Below the pieces are notes generated by a model. That model had not been told where the DNA came from and ran no database searches. It saw only the letters and a list, made by a program, of their open reading frames with translations. 64,000 nt of DNA from an uncultured Elusimicrobia bacterium. GTDB lineage: Bacteria; Elusimicrobiota; Endomicrobiia; Endomicrobiales; Endomicrobiaceae. The stretch is from positions 27,908 through 91,907 of the forward strand of contig CALGGE010000066.1 in NCBI GenBank assembly GCA_937916125.1, read 5' to 3'. The first letter of the stretch is position 1; each line of letters opens with the position of its first letter. The position numbers were made by a program, and so were the translations under genes. Of this stretch, positions 29,201 through 36,832 are shown piece by piece.

Positions 29201-32200
29201 AAATCAAGTATGGCATCTATTTGTTCAACGACGATTTTATATCTTTCAACTTTTTGTTCGGGCAAATTCGATAAATTTTTTATAATCTTTTTTACTTCGG
29301 CATAATCATATCCGTCAAGTAACGACAGTATTTCAATTATCCTGTCAACAACACTTTGTTCAACAACCGGAACGTCCGACATTTGTTCAATGTCTTTGGT
29401 TTGATAGAATTCATCACTTAATTGTTCTTCTTCATTTTTATCATCTTTGCTGCCGGTTATAACGGACAACATATCATTAAACCGACCTCGTGTTAAAGCT
29501 CTTATATTATATATTGAATGTAAAACGGTTGTAACAATCGGTGCCAAAAGCATATACTGAGGGAAAATAAACGACAACACTATATAAATCCAAGTCAACG
29601 ATGTTGCCGGAGAAAGCAAATCTTTCCAATCTCTTTTTTGGGAACTTTTTGTAATTATATCGTTCAACGTATGTGCGTAAGCAAATCCGATTGTTCCGGT
29701 AAATGCGGTTACAATCGCAGGAATTATCGGAAAAGGAGTTGTAAATACAAACGTGGTCAGCAAAATAAAAGGTGCGGCTCTAAAAATACCTTCTTCAATT
29801 ACTGGAGCGACAACAATTGTATAAATTAATCTGACAACATCACTTGCGTTCTTAAAAAAATTTTTCGCTATTACCAAAGGTTGACTTTTAGGATAAATCC
29901 TTGTCGTTAAGAAATCCTTGTCTCCTGTAGAAGATACATATCCGCCTTTCAACGTAAAAGATGTCTTTATTTTAGCAAGTTCGCCGGCTTTATTTATTTC
30001 ATAAATTTTTTCGTTCAGCAGTCTTATAACTTCGGCAAGTTTTTCCTTTGCCTGAGGCGTATCCTGAAAAAGGGATTCATCAAAAATTCTTCCTATGGTC
30101 ATATGCACTATTTTCGGAACTCTGTAATTCGGATCAAGATTTTCAAAATCTTTACGCAAGTTCAACATTTGTGCAATCAAATCCGTATCGGTAATCGTAT
30201 AAATTAAAACACCGTCGGGCATAAGCTTCAATGTACCTGCAAGAGATGTTTTAATACTCGGAAAAGTTTCTCCCAAGTTTTGGGTTGCCGCAAAAATGGA
30301 ATGAGTTTTGTTTTGATAAAGGAAGGACTCATCCATTTGTTGCGGCGTTGCACCTGACGAGTCATAGCCCACCGTCATGTGCAGTTGTTTATAAGGCATT
30401 AAGGAGACGGCGTCTCCCGATATTTCGCTTAAAGGTTTAAGAATATACCTGTATAATTTTTTCCTTGCCGATGTTGCAGGTTCAAGCTCTAAGGACGGAG
30501 CTGCATATTTATTTGCTTTAATCCTTTTAATCATATTAACGGTTTTTTCGATATCAATATTCGCATATTCCTTAATTTCTCCGTCGGAATAAATATAATT
30601 TATCGTACTTTCGGTACCTTTGTTAGCGTTATCTCTGTATTTAACAACAAACTCCACATTGCCAGTTTTAACTTCCGAAGATAAAATTTGCCATTCCAAA
30701 ATTTCAACATTACCGTAAAAAGTATTTTGTTTATCAATAATTTTTTCCGCTATAATTTGATAAATTTCCCGCTTTAAATCTTCTTCGGAATAATTTTGAA
30801 AAGCCTCACTTTGTACGGCATAAAAAAAACCTTCCATTACTTTCCTAAAACTGACATTTAAAGGTTCTTGCGTCAACGGTTCTATGTTTATGGTATTTTC
30901 AAGTATTGAAGAATAATATAAAACATTGTCCGTATAAAGTTGTCTTGCCGCTTCGGTTGATTCCGTTACTTTCGGAGTTATTATTACGTAAGATACTTTC
31001 TTGTCCAGAAAAATTCTCTCCAGTCCTCTTGTATGAAATCCTCCTGTAACAACAAGCGATATTTTCCTTGAAGGAGTTTGCGTCGAAAAATCGGAAGATT
31101 GACGAATGGCAGAGAAAAAGATTTGATCTCTCAAAATATTGTTTCGGTGATACTTGGACAGCAAGTCATAATACGTATCCAAACTTTGTATCGGTTGACT
31201 CGGCAAATACGACGGCCAAGTTGTCTTGAATTTTTTGTACCCTTCTTCAAAATTATAATATTCATCCGAAGAAATTTCTGCGGTAAAATAATTTCTTATT
31301 ACGGGAACGAACTCTGCAAGAAAATTAACTTCTTTTTCGTATTTTGTTCTTCCCGCTTTTATGTAAAGTTCATTTATAAAATCTTCTTTTTCTTTTACAA
31401 GTTCTATCGGATTTATTATGTCGCTTACGGCAAGCGAAGCAAAAAAACTTTCAAGATTCTTAAGTTTTAAATTTTTGGTTATTTCAAATTTATTGTTAAG
31501 TTTTATTAAATCGTAAGAAATATTTTCAAAATCGGTAAATTTATTACTTCTTTTAAAAAGTTCGGAGTAGCCGTCATAGTCAAGCTTATTTTTAAGTGAT
31601 GAAACAAAGCGGGCAAATTCACCGGAGATTTTCCCGTTATTTATAACATCGGTTTTGTCAAACAATGAAATATACAAAGATAAATTTTTATATTTTTCAA
31701 CTGAAACATCAAGATCTTCGGCAAGCCTGATTAATTCATTATAAAAACTCTTCGTCTTAATTTTTTTATTATCATACAAACTTATAATTCGTTGTATCTT
31801 TCTCGCTTTAGGGCTTGCATAATCTTTCCTGACTGAATTTATCTCTTTTTCAATATTTTTGCATACGGCTTCAATCTCTGGAGAAAGTGTTATTATTTCT
31901 CCCAACAGTTTAATATTTTCTTTATATAAACTTTCATTTTCTATACCGGCGACAAAATTCTTCTTATTTTTTATCGTTGAATAATATTCCGTTCCGCTTA
32001 AATTACCGGAATTCAAAAGATTTTCTACGATTTTTACACCGAATTTATTATCTTTCAATTCCGAAAGCCACGAAGTATCGACGATATTAAATGCTCCTTC
32101 CAAATAAACCTTATCAAGTCCGTATTTTGTATCGAGATATTCCAATATCGAAAAGATTTTCTTCTGTGTTTCGGCGTGACAATGAAGATCCTGAATATTT

Positions 32201-32379
32201 ATGACAATGTCCCCGTCATCAAAAATTTTTGACGAAGTTATTTTTCCCAAAGATGAGGGTATGAATTGTTGCATACCGTCAGAGAAACGTGCAGGCACGG
32301 CAAAACCGCCCTTTGGAAACAGTGTAATAACCAAAGAAAACGAAATCATTAAAGAAACTATCTTTTTAATCATTTTCAT
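23287..32379 (-). CDS. giant membrane multidomain protein, paralog P3 (ChaN/TraB-like N-module, 2H phosphoesterase, CPBP intramembrane protease, phosphohistidine swivel domain, PPDK-type ATP-grasp, ILSAA tail)
   Basis: 3,030-aa uninterrupted ORF. Signal peptide: MKMIKKIVSLMISFSLVITLFPKGGFA. N-module motifs: INIQDLHCH (32176-32202) and VVTGGFH (31033-31053). 2H motifs: LHMTVGY (30364-30384) and VHMTIGR (30088-30108). CPBP motifs: EEGIFR (29779-29796), FAYAH and HSIYN (29506-29520). Swivel domain: TTSGGVLSHAAITTREYHTPSVI, with His at 25558-25560. ATP-grasp: FGSKTVELAKI...VRSSGVGEDSANNAFAGMGETVLNV...GLGEGIVSG (about 23700-24690). Confidence 0.85.
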   Translation of the reverse strand: MKMIKKIVSLMISFSLVITLFPKGGFAVPARFSDGMQQFIPSSLGKITSSKIFDDGDIVINIQDLHCHAETQKKIFSILEYLDTKYGLDKVYLEGAFNIVDTSWLSELKDNKFGVKIVENLLNSGNLSGTEYYSTIKNKKNFVAGIENESLYKENIKLLGEIITLSPEIEAVCKNIEKEINSVRKDYASPKARKIQRIISLYDNKKIKTKSFYNELIRLAEDLDVSVEKYKNLSLYISLFDKTDVINNGKISGEFARFVSSLKNKLDYDGYSELFKRSNKFTDFENISYDLIKLNNKFEITKNLKLKNLESFFASLAVSDIINPIELVKEKEDFINELYIKAGRTKYEKEVNFLAEFVPVIRNYFTAEISSDEYYNFEEGYKKFKTTWPSYLPSQPIQSLDTYYDLLSKYHRNNILRDQIFFSAIRQSSDFSTQTPSRKISLVVTGGFHTRGLERIFLDKKVSYVIITPKVTESTEAARQLYTDNVLYYSSILENTINIEPLTQEPLNVSFRKVMEGFFYAVQSEAFQNYSEEDLKREIYQIIAEKIIDKQNTFYGNVEILEWQILSSEVKTGNVEFVVKYRDNANKGTESTINYIYSDGEIKEYANIDIEKTVNMIKRIKANKYAAPSLELEPATSARKKLYRYILKPLSEISGDAVSLMPYKQLHMTVGYDSSGATPQQMDESFLYQNKTHSIFAATQNLGETFPSIKTSLAGTLKLMPDGVLIYTITDTDLIAQMLNLRKDFENLDPNYRVPKIVHMTIGRIFDESLFQDTPQAKEKLAEVIRLLNEKIYEINKAGELAKIKTSFTLKGGYVSSTGDKDFLTTRIYPKSQPLVIAKNFFKNASDVVRLIYTIVVAPVIEEGIFRAAPFILLTTFVFTTPFPIIPAIVTAFTGTIGFAYAHTLNDIITKSSQKRDWKDLLSPATSLTWIYIVLSFIFPQYMLLAPIVTTVLHSIYNIRALTRGRFNDMLSVITGSKDDKNEEEQLSDEFYQTKDIEQMSDVPVVEQSVVDRIIEILSLLDGYDYAEVKKIIKNLSNLPEQKVERYKIVVEQIDAILDLVKENNRHNYQPQYYFRDGDYNDVSTVYGKLKVFCEQNGIDNWGSFYMSDFLLFSLIPFIALEDVYKSNNSFFYHMVDSLFIHKGKLRDKYIVLADVSKFIGETYKINSDFIPYGINKLLSREFISKDEDIPYQIQNNLKDYDALKQYYFAVSDGKEVDKSLSESLSNNVRVFREKALPFTAEQDRERVSEILSNMEELAEKINDGNSILLETLLEELLKIILKQEEQKEDSITYFLPFIFDFTKVKKKTGTRTVKTMLDSLIKILFDSYDVNSDNEKFYGLLDGMMDISGKFYNSEDNDIKDFGTYICNGITERLLLVVYTPIAQNTLDENSLEYVSREKTFYNVFEKLSKKNPKNISVYSYMFANTGVEDPAKRNSWNDDTSTIYGPGLNRKTLQRFVDAVYKANIKNVSIPLPEKDSLISDVEDLAEIVVDNCTLFDLSSFCNDLLGKKENGRVLAISVIKKLLLILENKNIDNKTRRYVISELVNMASTELYISLQNYNLFDINRLNELCEENNLPYFLKPVSDAFVSEMRGQYRFSRLIKYLPKDMFTSGNIILQEPPILYTVSGTTNKQNKEVAIIRDKFNTLQSILNDNNLVLSLLDGLSASKNPEKDFAELVKILSKMIVSLSLINPEHGNYARTALNNILYNLSIRPEQDGELLFTTSLTKDMIKRNMALKQWNSEHIEEITEIHTLINAVHQTSISDFKETVKDIIEIGDKAIKTVVAVHRNPRISIGYSDTGGLDRTGVELYDLSENKLNPDILDFIGRLSQNKLPRQKTAEKHEYQIDDFICMDNLLVWTTRLFAHSVDIFMNFADTDKTITISYHESDKKTGNAERIRYFSTILEKFGFFVENDINRPAGNDAAYSLKATLSTDYGFNKDMDFIDIATKVVSLFSYSVMLDWDLDELSNRYSEDSYRRTFDSLVEKFMEGDIWYGYMPNGVTGWPENKITARPQRNSLDKNWLKQVLQSLDLIDDIPEEFGFRVTQNVLDDMFNNVIERSFAVGRIFLNENGILSRNKDYDVVSYLAEAVSDDEEAAINKSKLINLIPNTNFKFKTIGYIGDLLAVSGYMKLQNGDFLSVKGLTKPSIKRLKYSVVEYVSLSGRKSVTFEELYEILRNEGFDIPRQELLSPSEQDRISNLLHRQTQNLSSPELRAVPISAGNGTYVSGYVTFDKNNVDGNSIFVAPYTTPDDVERIKTAKAIITTSGGVLSHAAITTREYHTPSVIINGASWKDKGLNILCYYSSGNPFQLGNLSIRKVKSKDKILREGSIILLNGETGHILLFDDIEDSTLKLLQSYIEKDDAENIKDFLIKNSVAENIGRIVEYIYFQTIGDTRMAQTLDMLFAQDMPQTIKDKIKELNESYIQDKVKVMNEAVTNLETTANPNIAYSIVRTLLEKLEFIKSPEYRQELDMIRKEVFEISQNTKESLIVFLKVFLKECRTMLEKYEYLPEDLNEIVGMLQLANVNEMFIPETEEDAYLQELKTDTENVINLLKLRLYGTYNYGVYSPKGDILSFDDIYERDSYKFGSKTVELAKIHRLLEKEDNVVVPEGVGISYDVFVRFFDMLGQKQQFLMLSQSFKNAINNGEYQLAQNFAKIIISLIENSKNKIKETDSLRKELEDMVLKTLGDSKYSVRSSGVGEDSANNAFAGMGETVLNVDRGNLFDALLSCWESFYSERSIKYMINSGQIVSPAVLVQTMIDVDKSGVAFSRDKYGNTTIETLYGLGEGIVSGKLTPDTITVNMETGNVLEYSVATKDYKIVSTREGVKLTFVDKGAKERTLNYEEIKQLIKVLLLLEDDVFYAVDVEFGFKDGKLFILQRRPVTTNAVNEEDVSEENVITVQHDTKYEISLSAGNADSQQQAFIHLPNPLNDTQSIPVYLETREQKSARFIIPSEYEELLGFGVLENILVNRINKDRTVLAKLNGGIFNFKSGEIGLLPVTIKEFDTSSFGQSDGYIDNIKNILSAA

Positions 32380-32413
32380 CTTCCGGAAATTCGCAAATGT
32401 AAACTATACCAAT

Positions 32414-32442
32414 AGTATAACCTAAAACATTGATATTTTCAA
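32414..32442 (-). promoter_or_regulatory. candidate sigma70 promoter of P3
   Basis: The minus strand reads TTGAAA (32437-32442), a 17-nt spacer, then TATACT (32414-32419). It lies about 35 nt upstream of the P3 ATG. Confidence 0.45.
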
Positions 32443-32609
32443 CAAGTTTATTATATAAATTTTATACGAAAAAATACATTGTTGTTTGTGAAAAATTTGG
32501 GAAAAAATCAAAGAGCCGGAAACTTTTACGAACTTATTCCGTCCGTAATTATCCTGCTCTCTTTACCGAACTTAAATTCTGTCTGTTATCAAACGGCTAT
32601 ATATAAAAA

Positions 32610-33866
32610 CTATTTTTCAAAAGTAAATTCTATGTCGTTAATGCGGACCGTATCGCCGACTTTACAACCTTTTTCTTCCAAAGCCAATTCCACACCCATT
32701 TTCTTGAGAATATTTTGAAATCTTCTCAAAGCTTCTTCCTCGTTAAATTTTGTCATTTCGGCAAGAGTCTCAACTTTCTTACCTGTAACGACAAAAACTC
32801 CGTCATCATCAATACCGATTTTAAAATCAGGTTCATAAATATATTTTTTTACGGGGATTGATTCGAACTCCTCTTCTTTTGCGGGAAGTTCGGTAAGTTT
32901 TACAATTTCGGACAACAGCGTATCTATACCGTCTTTTGTCATATTTGATACGGCAAATATTTTTTTATTTTTGACTTTTTTCTTAAACGCTTTTACATTT
33001 TCCAAAGCCTGCTCGCCCGAATCCGTTTTATTCAACGCAATAAGCATATATTTTTTAGAAAGATATTTTGAATATTTCTTTAATTCATCATTTAAAATTT
33101 TATACGTTTCATAGGGATCACGCCCGTCAAAACCGCTGACATCTATCATATAAAGCAAAACTTTTGTTCTTTTGATATGTCTTAAAAATTCAAGACCCAA
33201 CCCTTTACCGGAACTTGCTCCTTCGATAATACCCGGAATATCGGCGATAACTATCTGTTTATCATTTAAAGAAACTACACCCAAATTAGGCTCTAAAGTT
33301 GTAAACGGATAGTCTGCAATTTTCGGTCTGGCCGAACTGACTACCGAAAGAAAAGTAGATTTGCCTGCATTAGGAAAACCGACAAGCCCGACATCGGCAA
33401 TAAGTCTTAATTCCAAATCTATTTCCGCAGTTTCGCCCGGTTCGCCTTTCTCGGCTATTCGCGGGACGGTATGTCTTTGCGTTTTAAATGCGGAATTCCC
33501 TCTTCCGCCTCTTCCGCCCTTAGCAACGAGAACTTTCTGTCCGTGTTCTTTTAAATCGGCAAACAAATCACCGTTTTTATAAATAAGAGTCCCTACGGGA
33601 ACTTCTATAATCAAATCTTTACCGTATTTACCGTATTTATTTGAACCTTCGCCTTTATTACCGTTATCGGCGAAAAATTTCGGTCTGTACGACAAATCAA
33701 GAAGAGTTGCCTTTTTTGTATCGGCAACAATAAAAATATCTCCGCCTTTTCCCCCGTTACCGCCGTCGGGACCGCCAAGAGCGACATATTTTTCTCTTCT
33801 AAATGAAATACAGCCGTCGCCACCGCGTCCGGCTGTAATGAAAATTTTAGCTTTATCTATAAACAT
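32610..33866 (-). CDS. obg: GTPase Obg/CgtA
   Basis: 418 aa. The Gly-rich Obg fold GRGGDGCISFRREKYVALGGPDGGNGGKGGDIF, G1 GFPNAGKST and a C-terminal TGS-like extension are present. The rplU-rpmA-obg order is conserved. Confidence 0.95.
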   Translation of the reverse strand: MFIDKAKIFITAGRGGDGCISFRREKYVALGGPDGGNGGKGGDIFIVADTKKATLLDLSYRPKFFADNGNKGEGSNKYGKYGKDLIIEVPVGTLIYKNGDLFADLKEHGQKVLVAKGGRGGRGNSAFKTQRHTVPRIAEKGEPGETAEIDLELRLIADVGLVGFPNAGKSTFLSVVSSARPKIADYPFTTLEPNLGVVSLNDKQIVIADIPGIIEGASSGKGLGLEFLRHIKRTKVLLYMIDVSGFDGRDPYETYKILNDELKKYSKYLSKKYMLIALNKTDSGEQALENVKAFKKKVKNKKIFAVSNMTKDGIDTLLSEIVKLTELPAKEEEFESIPVKKYIYEPDFKIGIDDDGVFVVTGKKVETLAEMTKFNEEEALRRFQNILKKMGVELALEEKGCKVGDTVRINDIEFTFEK

Positions 33867-33877
33867 TTTAACCTTAA

Positions 33878-34138
33878 TTAATTTGCAGAAGGCTCAATAT
33901 TAACAAAACATCTGTCGCCTGCTCTTCTTACAAATTTTACGGTTCCCGCAACTTTTGCAAACAAAGTATTATCTTTACCCATACCTACGTTTAATCCGGG
34001 ATGAAATTTAGTTCCTCTCTGTCTTACAATTATTGCACCTGCCTGTGCAAGCTGATCGCCGTATATCTTTACGCCTAATCTTTTACCTTGTGAATCTCTG
34101 CCGTTACTGGTAGAGCCTTGTCCTTTTACATGTGCCAT
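33878..34138 (-). CDS. rpmA: 50S ribosomal protein L27
   Basis: 86 aa starting [24 protein letters not shown]. Confidence 0.95.
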   Translation of the reverse strand: MAHVKGQGSTSNGRDSQGKRLGVKIYGDQLAQAGAIIVRQRGTKFHPGLNVGMGKDNTLFAKVAGTVKFVRRAGDRCFVNIEPSAN

Positions 34139-34156
34139 TTTATTCTCCTAAAACTT

Positions 34157-34471
34157 TTAAGCCTTAATATCCAAAACTTCCACTTCGGTTACATACTGTC
34201 TGTGTCCCTGCATTTTTTTATAACCTTTTTTAGGTCTCTTTTTGAAAACAAGAACTTTCGGCAGTCTTTTCTGTGCGATGACTTTTGCGGTTACCGTTGC
34301 ACCTTCAACAGTCGGTTTGCCTACTTTAACGTTATCACCGTCAGCTACCATTAAAACCTGATCTAAAACTACTTCATTTCCTTCTTGGGCTTCGTCGAGT
34401 TTTTCAATAACAACATTCAAACCCTTTTCCACTTTATACTGTTTTCCGCCCGTCATTACGATTGCATACAT
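34157..34471 (-). CDS. rplU: 50S ribosomal protein L21
   Basis: Start placed at MYAIVMTGGKQYKVEKG (ATG 34469-34471). The track ORF has a 26-codon spurious extension. Confidence 0.9.
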   Translation of the reverse strand: MYAIVMTGGKQYKVEKGLNVVIEKLDEAQEGNEVVLDQVLMVADGDNVKVGKPTVEGATVTAKVIAQKRLPKVLVFKKRPKKGYKKMQGHRQYVTEVEVLDIKA

Positions 34472-34545
34472 TTCATTAACTCCTATAGACACTTCAAATT
34501 GCGTCATTAATAATCTGTGTAGTTTACAAAAATAAAAGAAATATG

Positions 34546-35511
34546 TCAAGAGATTTTTATGGAAATTTCTCCGGATTCCAATATTTTAATATTCCCGAAA
34601 GAATCTTTTACCAACAAATTTCCTTTCTCGTTTATGTCAACGGCTGTTGCCGTAACAACAGTTCCGTTCGACAAATATTTTATTTTTTTATTTAAAACAA
34701 GAGATAATTTCTTATACTCTTCAATTATTTTTTTATCGTAAATATTTCCGGCCAAGCGAAATAAATTATTCAAAATTTCGGCAATAAAAACATTTCTTGA
34801 AACATTTTCTTTTGTAACACATCCCGCTTTTTTTCTAAGCTCTTCGGGAAACAACTTTGTTTTTAAATTCACGCCTATTCCTACCACAACGGCATCAACG
34901 GTCTGTGTTTCAAAATTGCTTACGGCTTCGGTAAGTATTCCGCAAACTTTTTTACCGTTAACATAAATATCGTTAATCCATTTTATTTCGGGAACGGAAT
35001 CCGTAAGTTTTTTTACGGCTCTACATACAGCCAGTGCGGAAATGATTGTAATTAAAGAAATATCCTGCAACCTTAACGGCATTTTTAATATCGTACTCAA
35101 ATATATCCCGGTTGATTTCGGAGAAAAAAAACTTCTTCCGAATCTGCCTTTACCGTCGGTTTGTTCATCGGCAACAAGCGTAGTCCCGTTATTAAAAAGA
35201 TTTTCCGCAATTAATTTCTTTGCCTGTTTATTGGTAGAATCGATAGTTTTAAAAATTTTTATATCAAACTTCTTATATTCGTCCGAAAGATTATTTCTTA
35301 TTTCAATATCGGATAAAATATTATTTTTCGAAGAAAATTTATACCCGCCGTTTTGTAAGGAATCTATCGAGTATCCGTCATTTTTTAAAGATCTTACGGC
35401 TTTCCAAACTGCCGTTCTTGAAATTTGTAATTCTTTAGCTATATCCTGTCCCGAAATAAATTCCCCTTTGTTTTTATTAAGAATATTCAACAATTGTTCT
35501 TTTGTTTTCAT
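34546..35511 (-). CDS. birA: bifunctional biotin-[acetyl-CoA-carboxylase] ligase / biotin operon repressor
   Basis: 321 aa. It has an N-terminal wHTH (ISGQDIAKELQISRTAVWKAVRSLK) and the ligase motif ADEQTDGKGRFGRSF. Confidence 0.85.
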   Translation of the reverse strand: MKTKEQLLNILNKNKGEFISGQDIAKELQISRTAVWKAVRSLKNDGYSIDSLQNGGYKFSSKNNILSDIEIRNNLSDEYKKFDIKIFKTIDSTNKQAKKLIAENLFNNGTTLVADEQTDGKGRFGRSFFSPKSTGIYLSTILKMPLRLQDISLITIISALAVCRAVKKLTDSVPEIKWINDIYVNGKKVCGILTEAVSNFETQTVDAVVVGIGVNLKTKLFPEELRKKAGCVTKENVSRNVFIAEILNNLFRLAGNIYDKKIIEEYKKLSLVLNKKIKYLSNGTVVTATAVDINEKGNLLVKDSFGNIKILESGEISIKIS

Positions 35512-35537
35512 TGTCGTTTATCACACATACGAAAAAC

Positions 35538-36719
35538 TTACTTCAGAGAATTTTCCAAACGGTTTAAGCCTTCAACAATTTTTTCCATGGATGTTGCATA
35601 CGAAAATCTCATATATCCGTCGGCACCGAAAGCCGAACCGGGAACAACGGCAATACGTGCATTTTCCAATAAATATTCCGCCATTTCGGTATCGGTATTT
35701 ATTAATTTACCGTTGTATGATTTTTTAAGTAAGCCCGAAATATTCGGAAAAACATAAAATGCACCTTCCGGTTTAAGACAGGTAATGCCTTTAATGCCGT
35801 TTAATCTTTCAACTATATAATTTCTTCTTTTTTCAAATTCTTTTCTCATCATTTCCAAACTTTCTTTAGGACCGTTTAATGCTTCGGTTGCAGCCTTTAA
35901 CGAAATTGACGACGGACAAGAAGTTGACTGACTTTGAATTTTTGTCATTGCGGCAATTATTTCTTTCGGACCTGCCGTATAACCTATTCTCCAACCTGTC
36001 ATGGCAAAAGCTTTTGAAACGCCGTTGACAACAACGGTGTGTGCTTTTACTTCGTCGGAAATTTGAGCTATCGAACAGAACTTAAAAGTATCATAAACAA
36101 GTTTTTCGTAAATCTCGTCGGAGATTATTAATATATCATGTTTAATGCAAACATCGGCAATTTCTTTAAGTTCTTCTCTTGTATAAGTATTTCCCGTAGG
36201 ATTTGAGGGAGAGTTCAATATAAAAGCTTTAGTTTTTCGGGTTATTGATTTTTCTATCGCTTCGGGCTTTACCTTAAAATGTTCTTTGTCGCTTGTATGA
36301 ATAAAAACAGGTTTTGCACCCGCAAGTATTGCCATATCCGGATAAGACACCCAATAAGGAGCAGGAATTATAACTTCGTCACCGTCGTCAAATACGGACT
36401 GAAAAAGATTGTACAGAGAGTGTTTTCCGCCGCACGATACGATAATTTCTTCCTTTGTATAATCGAGATTATTATCCTGTTTAAACTTTTTTATTATTGC
36501 GTCTTTTAAATCAACCGTTCCGGCAACGGGACAATATTTTGTAAAACCTTTGTTAATTGCATCTATCGCAAAATCTTTTATATTTTGCGGCGTATCAAAA
36601 TCCGGTTCGCCCGTTCCGAAACTGATAATATCTATACCTTGAGCTTTTAATGTTTTGGCTTTTAAATCTATTGCAAGCGTGGGAGACGGCTTTATTGACT
36701 GAACACGTTTTGAAATCAT
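35538..36719 (-). CDS. pyridoxal-phosphate-dependent aminotransferase (aspartate aminotransferase-like, class I)
   Basis: 393 aa. Motifs FGTGEPDFDTP, NSPSNPTG and the PLP-lysine context VNGVSKAFAMTGWRIGY are present. Confidence 0.85.
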   Translation of the reverse strand: MISKRVQSIKPSPTLAIDLKAKTLKAQGIDIISFGTGEPDFDTPQNIKDFAIDAINKGFTKYCPVAGTVDLKDAIIKKFKQDNNLDYTKEEIIVSCGGKHSLYNLFQSVFDDGDEVIIPAPYWVSYPDMAILAGAKPVFIHTSDKEHFKVKPEAIEKSITRKTKAFILNSPSNPTGNTYTREELKEIADVCIKHDILIISDEIYEKLVYDTFKFCSIAQISDEVKAHTVVVNGVSKAFAMTGWRIGYTAGPKEIIAAMTKIQSQSTSCPSSISLKAATEALNGPKESLEMMRKEFEKRRNYIVERLNGIKGITCLKPEGAFYVFPNISGLLKKSYNGKLINTDTEMAEYLLENARIAVVPGSAFGADGYMRFSYATSMEKIVEGLNRLENSLK

Positions 36720-36832
36720 TTTATTCCTCTTTAATACATAAAATTATAAAATTTAAATCCGAAAAATTATACAATATAAAATTCAAAAAGTAAACGACAA
36801 ACTGCTTCAATATATAAACAACATACAACAAA

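Noticed and set aside
9977-32379. Calling the giant-gene block a mobile genomic island or ICE
   Set aside because: I found no integrase, transposase, flanking direct repeats or tRNA-adjacent att-like site at its borders. The only hint of insertion is the synteny argument around hydE, which is reported as a finding instead.
35042-35728. 228-aa plus-strand ORF
   Set aside because: It is entirely antisense to birA and the aminotransferase 3' end, both of which have clear family signatures. The translation is low-complexity.
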